Source: an uncultured Lachnospiraceae bacterium
GTDB taxonomy: Bacteria > Bacillota > Clostridia > Lachnospirales > Lachnospiraceae
Assembly (NCBI GenBank): GCA_946624935.1
Contig: CAMOSN010000002.1
Span: forward strand, 30,786 to 94,785
Reading direction: 5' to 3'
DNA: 64,000 nt
Position numbers and translations under genes: made by a program. Below the pieces are notes generated by a model. That model ran no database searches, had not been told where the DNA came from, and saw only the letters and a program-made list of their open reading frames with translations. Below are positions 1-7,836 of this stretch, piece by piece (position 1 is the stretch's first letter; each line of letters opens with the position of its first letter).

Positions 1-128
1 TTGTAAAGCTCAAGACCGCAGATTCTGCAGAACAGAGAATTGTCCTGGAACTGGGAATTGTGACATCGTGGGCATTCTTTTACACGCATGGTTTTCGGGT
101 CATATGGGATTCCATCTGTATAGTCCAT
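1..128 (-). CDS. zinc-ribbon domain protein, N-terminal fragment (gene continues past the left window edge)
   Basis: Minus-strand ATG at 128 has AGGAG about 8 nt upstream. Translation MDYTDGIPYDPKTMRVKECPRCHNSQFQDNSLFCRICGLELY shows CxxC..CxxC zinc-ribbon spacing. Absent from the ORF track because the window edge truncates it. Confidence 0.4.
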   Translation of the reverse strand, partial: MDYTDGIPYDPKTMRVKECPRCHNSQFQDNSLFCRICGLELY

Positions 129-192
129 CACAATGCTCCTTTCTTCGGAAAATGAAACATGCATCATAAGTGTGTGCCTGTTTTTTGGGGGA

Positions 193-1074
193 TCAAGTAT
201 ATAAGAAGTTCCTTTTGACCTGCGCCAGGAACCTTTCCGCGATGGGAGTAAATGTCTGATACCGGTTCCATATGATATACAGCCTTGTTTCCAGCTTTGG
301 GAAAAGCGGACGGAATGTCAGTCCACTGTCTTCCGATACGTCAACAAGATTGCGAAAGGATAATTGATAACCAAGGCCTTCCCGGACGAACATGGAGGCA
401 TTGTATGCCAGGCGGAAAGAGCCTTCAAGATGCAGCTCTTCGAAGCGGTTTCCTGCCCATTTTTTAATGTCTCCTTCCCACCCTTGTCTGGAGGTAAAGA
501 GCGGTAATCCGACCAGATCGTCAATTTTGATTACGTCCTTTTCAGCCAGGGGCGCGCTGGCAGGAAAAATCAGCCCCCAGGTGTCGCCTTCCGGGAATGC
601 TGTCCATTCATATTTTCTTTCATTGGGCGTGTCACAAATAACGGCAAAGTCCAGCAGGCCTTTGTCCAGCTTCTCTGTGACCTGCTCCGTGTCGCCACTG
701 GTGATATGATATTTAAGACCGGGATACTGCTCCTTCAGAACACGCAGCTCGCGGGCGAGATAGCGTATCTGGTAGGATTCGGCTAGACCGAAATACAGTT
801 CACCCCCTGTAATGTCATCCAGTGACAGGAATTCCTTTTCGATCTTGTCCGCCATTGTAAGAAGGTCTTCAGCCCGATCCCGCAGAAGAGCACCTTCCTG
901 CGTGAGTGTGATGCTGAAGCTGTGCCGGACAAACAGCTTTTTGCCCAGCTCATCCTCCAGAGCTTTCAGGGTTTTGGAAAGTGTCGGCTGTGTAACATGA
1001 AGGATTTCAGCCGCTCTTGTCATGTTCTCTTCTCGCGCTACCGCAAGGAAATATCGCAAGGAACGTATCTCCAC
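193..1074 (-). CDS. LysR-family transcriptional regulator
   Basis: 293-aa ORF. The N-terminal LysR HTH signature is MEIRSLRYFLAVAREENMTRAAEILHVTQPTLSKTLKALEDELGKKLF, followed by a co-inducer-binding-like C-terminal domain. Confidence 0.9.
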   Translation of the reverse strand: MEIRSLRYFLAVAREENMTRAAEILHVTQPTLSKTLKALEDELGKKLFVRHSFSITLTQEGALLRDRAEDLLTMADKIEKEFLSLDDITGGELYFGLAESYQIRYLARELRVLKEQYPGLKYHITSGDTEQVTEKLDKGLLDFAVICDTPNERKYEWTAFPEGDTWGLIFPASAPLAEKDVIKIDDLVGLPLFTSRQGWEGDIKKWAGNRFEELHLEGSFRLAYNASMFVREGLGYQLSFRNLVDVSEDSGLTFRPLFPKLETRLYIIWNRYQTFTPIAERFLAQVKRNFLYT

Positions 1075-1162
1075 AAGTCGTCTCCTTCCTGAATGAAAAA
1101 GGATCCCGGAAAATACCAGACTATATCTGCGAAAGGCAAAGAAAAATCAATTCAGAATGCCT

Positions 1163-3262
1163 TCAGGATGAGGGAAGATAAGTAAAGCCGATCATTGTAA
1201 TGTCGTCAAACTGATCTGCGCTGCCGGCAAATTGTTCAATATCCTGATATACCTCATGCAGTACCTGCGCCTGGGGAAGCGTTTGCAGAGTGTTCAATTT
1301 TTCAACCAGCCTTTGTGTGCCGTACGATTCTTCCTGCGGATTGATCGCGTCCGGTACGCCATCGGTGTAAACAAACAGTCGATCGCCGGGATTTAAATAA
1401 ACCGTGTATTCCCGAATGGACAGCTCCGGCAGGATGGCCAGTGCAGGTGAATGCTTTCTGCGCAGTAGTTCATATTTTTCGCCGGCATGCATGAGGACCG
1501 GATATTCATGTCCTGCATTCGCACACTGCATACGCCCGGTTTTCAGGTCGATCAATCCGATCCATACCGTTACAAACATCTCCGCATCATTTCCTTCACA
1601 GAGGATGTGGTTTACCTCATGCAAGATACCCGCCGGAGACTTTCCGGTACGTGCAATGTTTTCAATTGCTGTTTTGGAGCGCATCATGAACAATGAAGCG
1701 GGAATCCCTTTCCCGGACACGTCTGCAATGACCAGTGCAAGCTGGTCTGCCCCGATCAGGAAGAAATCATAAAAATCACCGCCGACCTGTCTGGCCGGGT
1801 TCATCAGGGCATAGATCTCAAAGTCGTTTCGGGGAAACGAAAACACGCGCGGAAGCGCTGATTCCTGAATGGCAGCTGCCAGTAAAAGCTCCTGCTCCAT
1901 CCGGTGCTCAGCTGCAGCTATGTATGTTTTCAGTGAATCGACGGTCTGGTTAATATCATCTGACAGCTGTGCAAATTCACGGGAATCACGAATATGTATT
2001 TTTTCGTCCAAATCACCGTCAATAATCTTCCGAAGAGAATGATTGACGGAACGCAGATGCTTACCGACAAGGGTATCCACGATCAGGGCAATCAGAATAT
2101 AGAGAATACTGAATAACAGAATGTCTGACAGACCTTCCTCGTAGAGACGGTCCTGGCGATCCTTGTAGACCAATTCCGAATAGAAGCCAACCATAAACCA
2201 GCTGTGCTCGGTCAGCGTCCCGCTGCGTATGATCAATTCTGATCCATCGAAGGCGTTGAGACTGGCATGAAATGTCTCCTTATTGGCATGGTCCTGCAGA
2301 ATGATCCGATCCGTTTCAGAAAACTGGGATACATTCTGTGGATTATCATAATAGCTGTAGAGAACCTTTCCATCGTCATTAAATGTAAAAAACAGAACAT
2401 CTTCATTTTCGCGCAGCTTCATCAGAAACTCGGAAAGGGATGTCGCGGTACGGTGATCTCTTCTAAAGGTTTTCTCGACAGCCTGAGACAGCGAAGTAAG
2501 ATCCGACGAAGCCTGCTGGTCCGAAATCCTGGTCTGGATATGATAGGACGAGTACAGATTAACCATCACGATGAGCAGGGTGACTGCCAGAAGCCATCTT
2601 TGAAAACGCACAGCAATCGGTGTTTCCTGCTTTGCAGGAATGCGAAATGCGTTTTTCAGCTTTCCGGAGAGGCCGAGTACCGCGATCATGCAGGCGCCCA
2701 TCCCAAGACCGGTGAAAATGATCATGGGAACCGCACAGGTTTTTACGACATAGTAAGCGAGGCGCATTTGATTCCGATGCGTGATCAGTACAGCATACAT
2801 ATGGAAGTCTTCCATCAGAGCACCGATCAGAAAGGTCTGCAGCAGAGGCGGATGCTTTCTGTTATACACCTTCAGATTCAGAAAAGCAGAGAGAAGACCA
2901 GCCAGTATCGTGGAAACACTGCAGGCTACACGGGTGAAGGATCCGACTCCAAAATATGCTCCGGCGATATAGCGCTCGATCCCGCCGATGAGTCCGGCTA
3001 CGACGCCGGAGAGAGGGTCAAAAAGAAGACCCGCGGCAAGCGGACCGATGTCCCGCGTATTCAGGACCATGGCATAGTAATCCACACCCACATGTGTAGA
3101 AAGAATGCAGCACAGTCCAAAAGCACCTCCGACCAAAAGGCGCAGATGAATACTGTGTTCTCTTTTGCTCCATAGCCGCCAGAGCAGCATCGTCATTACC
3201 ACATAAAACAGGACGGAAATGGATAAGCGAATGATCGTTTCGACAAGTGTCATATCCATCAT
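1163..3262 (-). CDS. membrane-bound PP2C/SpoIIE-family serine phosphatase with multi-TM sensor and HAMP-like linker
   Basis: The N-terminal half is hydrophobic with multiple TM segments. The C-terminal PP2C/SpoIIE region has GGDFYDF, VIADVSGKGIPASLFM and DGVPDA motifs. Start moved to ATG 3262 (AGGAG 9 nt upstream) from ORF-track 3358. Confidence 0.8.
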   Translation of the reverse strand: MMDMTLVETIIRLSISVLFYVVMTMLLWRLWSKREHSIHLRLLVGGAFGLCCILSTHVGVDYYAMVLNTRDIGPLAAGLLFDPLSGVVAGLIGGIERYIAGAYFGVGSFTRVACSVSTILAGLLSAFLNLKVYNRKHPPLLQTFLIGALMEDFHMYAVLITHRNQMRLAYYVVKTCAVPMIIFTGLGMGACMIAVLGLSGKLKNAFRIPAKQETPIAVRFQRWLLAVTLLIVMVNLYSSYHIQTRISDQQASSDLTSLSQAVEKTFRRDHRTATSLSEFLMKLRENEDVLFFTFNDDGKVLYSYYDNPQNVSQFSETDRIILQDHANKETFHASLNAFDGSELIIRSGTLTEHSWFMVGFYSELVYKDRQDRLYEEGLSDILLFSILYILIALIVDTLVGKHLRSVNHSLRKIIDGDLDEKIHIRDSREFAQLSDDINQTVDSLKTYIAAAEHRMEQELLLAAAIQESALPRVFSFPRNDFEIYALMNPARQVGGDFYDFFLIGADQLALVIADVSGKGIPASLFMMRSKTAIENIARTGKSPAGILHEVNHILCEGNDAEMFVTVWIGLIDLKTGRMQCANAGHEYPVLMHAGEKYELLRRKHSPALAILPELSIREYTVYLNPGDRLFVYTDGVPDAINPQEESYGTQRLVEKLNTLQTLPQAQVLHEVYQDIEQFAGSADQFDDITMIGFTYLPSS

Positions 3263-3455
3263 GAAAGGGGCTCCTTCTGCGTATTTCTTTTCTATTATAA
3301 CGCGAACCGGGAGAATGAAAAAGAGGCCATGGACAAAAACATGGAATATATTCTGCAAACATGAAATCCGTTTTTTGGGGGTTCGTTTCCCGCATCAGGT
3401 GTGATACAATAAAAAAGTTATGTCAGACATAGCATGGTTATTCCGGGGGTCGGTG

Positions 3456-4289
3456 ATGATTAAAAAACTGAAAATGACGGTTCTGACGGATAATCTTTCA
3501 GAAGAACCCCTGTCCGGTGAGTGGGGGCTTTGCATTCTGATCGATGCGGATGGAAAAAAGATTCTTCTGGATACGGGAGCCAGTGAGCTGTTTGCCGAAA
3601 ACGCCAGGCGATTAAAGATCGATCCCGCGCAGGTGGAGATCGGCGTGTTATCTCACGCACATTATGATCATGCGGACGGGCTGGATACGTTTTTTGCGTG
3701 TAATGATCATGCACCTTTTCTGGTCCGTGAAGGGAGTGGGGAAAACTGTTTTGGGATCAAGGAAGACGGTTCACTGAAATATATCGGAATCGGCAGAGGG
3801 ATCCTGGAAAGAAACAAGGATCGTATCCGGTTTGTGCGGGGCGTATGGAAGATCGCGGAAGGGATCTGGCTGGTAGGGCATCGTAAAATGGATTATTCAA
3901 AGATAGCGCTTCGGAATAACTTATATTTGATAAAAGATGGCTGCAGATGTCCGGATGATTTTGCTCATGAGCAGAGTCTTGTGATCGAAACAGAGAAAGG
4001 CCTTGTTGTTTTCAACAGCTGTTCGCATACCGGTATCAGGAACATTCTGGAGGATGTGAAGGAGCTGCTGGGCAGAGAAGATGTCACCGCGTATGCAGGC
4101 GGGCTGCATTTATATAACCTGTCGGATGATGAACTGTCCGAGTTAAGCGCAGAAATTGCTGCATCCGGAATTACAAAGCTGCTTACAGGGCACTGTACAG
4201 GAGAACATGCTTTTGATTATCTGAGAGGTGTGCTCGGAGACCGGATTGTACAGTTCCGATCCGGATTTGAGTACACATTTACAGCATGA
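3456..4289 (+). CDS. MBL-fold metallo-hydrolase
   Basis: HxHxDH motif in LSHAHYDHADGL, plus a later SCSHTG and a C-terminal TGHCTG. ATG 3456 is preferred (G-rich RBS); ORF-track start 3420 has no RBS. Confidence 0.75.
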   Translation: MIKKLKMTVLTDNLSEEPLSGEWGLCILIDADGKKILLDTGASELFAENARRLKIDPAQVEIGVLSHAHYDHADGLDTFFACNDHAPFLVREGSGENCFGIKEDGSLKYIGIGRGILERNKDRIRFVRGVWKIAEGIWLVGHRKMDYSKIALRNNLYLIKDGCRCPDDFAHEQSLVIETEKGLVVFNSCSHTGIRNILEDVKELLGREDVTAYAGGLHLYNLSDDELSELSAEIAASGITKLLTGHCTGEHAFDYLRGVLGDRIVQFRSGFEYTFTA

Positions 4290-4329
4290 TACTCAAGACG
4301 ATAACAATAGGATTCGGAGGTTTCTTAAA

Positions 4330-5451
4330 ATGGCAGATCCACAAAAAAAACAGAAGCTGCTGGTGATCAATCCAGGTTCCACCTCGACGAAGATCAGTCT
4401 GTTCGAAAACGAAAAGGTGTTGTTTGAGGAAAGCATTTTTCATGATGCACCCGAGCTTTTAAAATATGGGCATGTAAATATGCAGGTTCCGTTCCGCTAT
4501 CAGGTCATCCTGGATATGCTGAAGAAGTATGGAGAAGACCCTGCGGACATCGATGTGTTTATTGGTCGGGGCGGGAGTGCCTATTCACAGCCAAGCGGCG
4601 TGACAGAGATTGATCAGCGCCTGTATGAGGATACCGTTAATGCTGTCGGCGGAAGTGAGCATCCCGCAAAGCTTGGTGTGATGCTTGCCTATGAATTTGC
4701 AAAAGAATTCGGGAAGAATGCATATACGCTCAACCCCACGAATGTGGATGAATACTGCGATTATGCCCGGGTGACGGGCGTGAAAGGGATCTATCGTATG
4801 TCTCATTCCCATGTTCTGAATCAGAAGGCAGTTGCGCAGACGCATGCGCAGAAGCTTGGAAAACGATATGACGACTGCAATTTGATCGTGGCACATATTG
4901 ACGGCGGGATTACGGTGAACGCCCACGATCATGGGAAAATGATTGATGGAAATATGGGAGCAGATGGAGAAGGTCCCTTTACCCCAACGCGCATCGGGAG
5001 CCTGCCCATCCCACAGCTGCTCGATTATGTGGAAACACATTCCGTTCATGATGCAAGACTTTTATGTACCCGCACGGGAGGTTTCGTCAATCTGTTCGGT
5101 ACCGCAAATTCCGATGTGATCCATGAAAAGGTGGCGGAGGGTGATCCCAAGGCGGTGCTTGTGTGGAATGCGATGATCTATCAGGTCGCGAAGATGATCG
5201 GAGAGATGGCCGCTGTACTTTGCGGAAAAGTGGACGGAATATTGCTAACCGGCGGGCTGCTGCGCTTTAACGACGTGTTCGAAGGTATCAGAAAGCACTG
5301 TGAGTGGATCGCACCGATCAGTGTATATCCCGGGGAGATGGAACAGGAGGCTCTGGCCTATCCGGTGCTGCGTGCACTGCGCGGAGAGGAAAATATCCTG
5401 AAATACTCCGGGAAACCGGTGTGGGACGGCTTTCCGGGAATCGATTTATAG
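4330..5451 (+). CDS. buk: butyrate kinase
   Basis: LLVINPGSTSTKISLFENEK, GRGG, HVLNQKAVA and DGEGPFTPTR match the butyrate kinase family along the whole length (about 373 aa). ATG 4330 removes a 34-aa extension that overlaps the MBL gene. Confidence 0.9.
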   Translation: MADPQKKQKLLVINPGSTSTKISLFENEKVLFEESIFHDAPELLKYGHVNMQVPFRYQVILDMLKKYGEDPADIDVFIGRGGSAYSQPSGVTEIDQRLYEDTVNAVGGSEHPAKLGVMLAYEFAKEFGKNAYTLNPTNVDEYCDYARVTGVKGIYRMSHSHVLNQKAVAQTHAQKLGKRYDDCNLIVAHIDGGITVNAHDHGKMIDGNMGADGEGPFTPTRIGSLPIPQLLDYVETHSVHDARLLCTRTGGFVNLFGTANSDVIHEKVAEGDPKAVLVWNAMIYQVAKMIGEMAAVLCGKVDGILLTGGLLRFNDVFEGIRKHCEWIAPISVYPGEMEQEALAYPVLRALRGEENILKYSGKPVWDGFPGIDL

Positions 5452-5525
5452 GTTTCCAGGTTGTAATTGTGGATCATTGCTTCGATGATCGGTATGTTCT
5501 GGTTTGCGACAGGAGGAGATGTGTA

Positions 5526-6518
5526 ATGAGTATTCTGGAGCGAATAAAGGAAAAGGCAAAACAAAGCCGGAAGCGGATCGTTTTCCCGGAGGGGGACGAG
5601 CCGAGGACATTGCAGGCAGCTGTCATCCTGTCCTCAGAAGGGATCGCCGATCCGATCCTGCTGGGAAATGAAGCCACGATCCGCGAAGCGGCCCTGGCAG
5701 CAGATGCGGATATCACGAATATCGAGGTGATCGATCCGGAGAACAGTCCAAGCGCAGAGGCATATACAGCCAAACTGTATGAGCTTCGAAAAGCAAAGGG
5801 GATGACGATCGAAAACGCAGCCAGCCTGGTGAAGGATCCTATGTATTACGGGATCATGATGGTCAAGACGGGAGATGCCGACGGCCTGGTATCGGGCGCC
5901 GCGCATACTACAGGAGATATGCTCCGCCCTGCACTGCAGATCATCAAAACACAGCCCGGGATCGGTATCGTATCCTCCAGCATGCTGGTGGAAGTTCCCA
6001 ATCAGAACATCGGGGATCATGGACTTCTGGTCTATGCGGATTGTGTGGTCGTTCCGTGTCCGACGGCCTCGGAGCTTGCGCAGATCGCGGTTTCCGCTGC
6101 GCAGACAGCGAAGAAGCTGTGTGATATTGAGGAGCCAAGGGTAGCGCTTCTTTCCTTCTCCACGAAGGGCAGCGCACAGCATGAGCTTGTGACAAAGGTC
6201 AGGGAAGCAACGCAGATTGCACATAAGCTCTCCCCCTCCCTTCTGCTGGACGGGGAGATGCAGTTCGATGCCGCCCTGATACCGGAGATCGGAGCATCCA
6301 AAGCAAAGGGCAGTCCGGTTGCGGGCTGTGCTAATGTACTGGTATTCCCGGACCTTCAGGCAGGAAATATCGGATATAAAATCACCCAGCGCCTGGGCGG
6401 GGCAATCGCATTTGCCGTGCTGCAGGGCCTGGACAAGCCCTGCAATGATCTGTCACGGGGCTGCAGCGTAGAAGATATTGTGGCTACTGCTGCAATCACG
6501 GCAGTACAGGCACAGTAA
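5526..6518 (+). CDS. pta: phosphate acetyltransferase-type phosphotransacylase (short Pta form)
   Basis: IVFPEGDEPRTLQAA, GAAHTTGDMLRPALQIIKT, SFSTKGSA, GNIGYKI and NDLSRGC align with Bacillus/Clostridium Pta (about 330 aa). ATG 5526 is preferred over ORF-track 5304. Confidence 0.85.
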   Translation: MSILERIKEKAKQSRKRIVFPEGDEPRTLQAAVILSSEGIADPILLGNEATIREAALAADADITNIEVIDPENSPSAEAYTAKLYELRKAKGMTIENAASLVKDPMYYGIMMVKTGDADGLVSGAAHTTGDMLRPALQIIKTQPGIGIVSSSMLVEVPNQNIGDHGLLVYADCVVVPCPTASELAQIAVSAAQTAKKLCDIEEPRVALLSFSTKGSAQHELVTKVREATQIAHKLSPSLLLDGEMQFDAALIPEIGASKAKGSPVAGCANVLVFPDLQAGNIGYKITQRLGGAIAFAVLQGLDKPCNDLSRGCSVEDIVATAAITAVQAQ

Positions 6519-6887
6519 TTACTTCTCAATCTTATAATCATGATCCTCGAGCAGGACCAGTGCCTGTTCGAGATGCTCCTCTTTTACCAGAAGATAGTCC
6601 GTGTTATAGGTGCCCACTGCCATCAGCGGAATCTGGCTGTCCGCCAGGATACCGGAAATGGCAGACAGAATGCCCACCAGCGACAGATCCATTTCCCCTT
6701 CGATCCGGAAAGCTCTCCATCCATCACTTCGTGCGCAGGTTTCCTTTGGTGCATGCTTTTCGGAGCAGATTACGGAGATTTCCTCATCCGTTTTGCCGAT
6801 AAAGCAGTATTTGTCGCTCAGATCGACCAGAGAGAGGTCACGCACCTTGCAGATACAGAATTGTCTTTTCAGAACTTTGATTTTCAT
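6519..6887 (-). CDS. ACT-domain protein
   Basis: 122-aa ORF. The C-terminal half (MDLSLVGILSAISGILADSQIPLMAVGTYNTDYLLVKEEHLEQA) looks like an ACT regulatory fold. Its stop codon abuts the pta stop (taatta at 6516-6521). Confidence 0.55.
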   Translation of the reverse strand: MKIKVLKRQFCICKVRDLSLVDLSDKYCFIGKTDEEISVICSEKHAPKETCARSDGWRAFRIEGEMDLSLVGILSAISGILADSQIPLMAVGTYNTDYLLVKEEHLEQALVLLEDHDYKIEK

Positions 6888-6919
6888 ATTGTTCCTCCAT
6901 GTTTCCATTTTTTTCTGAT

Positions 6920-7669
6920 TCAGTCAAGAAATCCAATATATTCATCAAAAAGATTAAACAGCATGTCGCCGGAGCAGACCGGCAGCTCGGCCGTACTATC
7001 CGGCAGCTGCTGCCAGCAGTACAGATCCTGCGCTTTTGTCAGCACCAGAGCGGGAATCACTTCGTATGACGGTCCGAAAATAATTTCCAGATATTTTGCG
7101 TATTTTACGGCCTGCAGTTCTTCCTCAGGATCGATTGTATCCTTCATCTTAAATTCCAGTGAAAAAACCCGGTTTTCCGTAATGACCAGAACATCCGCAT
7201 AAATTCGCACATGTCTGCCCTTGCGGATCCGAAGCTCGAAACAGATTTCCCAGGAAGAAACGTCCAGTGATTCGAGATCCTTAAAGAGTGCAAGCATGAC
7301 GCTCCGTGAATCCAGAAAGGAATGCATCAGGCCTCTTTTATCATTCAGATTTCGGCCGATCGACCGGCACCCATCCTTTAATTCTTCGAGCCATGCTTCT
7401 TCCATCTGACGCTGGAAGCGCTCTACGGATGCATAATATCCGCAGAAGTTCTCCAGTCCGGTGTGGGGCCTCGCCTGCCGGATCAGACCATGCCAGCAAT
7501 CTTCCAAATCCTGGTAACACAGCTCATGGATGAACGGCGCAAGATACAACAGCCGGTTGATCTCCTTTTTTTCCACACCGAGCTTTCGGGCAATTTCCCG
7601 GGCTTTTATTCCATCATGACTGCATATAAGCGCATACATGCGGATCTGTGTTTCATTCATTACAGACAT
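6920..7669 (-). CDS. winged-helix plus PD-(D/E)xK nuclease-like protein (uncharacterised)
   Basis: N-terminal wHTH-like segment: MYALICSHDGIKAREIARKLGVEKKEINRLLY. C-terminal segment: WEICFELRI..RIYADVLVITENRVFSLEFKMK, with E..D..ExK spacing typical of restriction-endonuclease-fold domains. Start is uncertain (ATG 7669 or 7660; ORF-track 7747). Confidence 0.5.
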   Translation of the reverse strand: MSVMNETQIRMYALICSHDGIKAREIARKLGVEKKEINRLLYLAPFIHELCYQDLEDCWHGLIRQARPHTGLENFCGYYASVERFQRQMEEAWLEELKDGCRSIGRNLNDKRGLMHSFLDSRSVMLALFKDLESLDVSSWEICFELRIRKGRHVRIYADVLVITENRVFSLEFKMKDTIDPEEELQAVKYAKYLEIIFGPSYEVIPALVLTKAQDLYCWQQLPDSTAELPVCSGDMLFNLFDEYIGFLD

Positions 7670-7836
7670 ATCTTCCGATTGAATTTGTGTTTCGGGCTTC
7701 GCTTTATTATACAGAAAGATGATGGTAAAGGAAAGAGATGTTACCAAGATTGTTCAATCCGGGAACAATTCTGATCATGGTTTTTTTTGCGTCTCCCGAA
7801 TATAATGATGAAAATGATTATGATGGGGGGATTCTT

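Noticed and set aside
4228-4329. N-terminal extensions offered by the ORF track (buk 4228, pta 5304, GH94 7738, SRAP 17429, TGase-LRR 54886, HypB 57878)
   Set aside because: The extensions lack homology to the families, and several begin at TTG or GTG codons that lie within the RBS of the better internal ATG. The internal starts were used instead.
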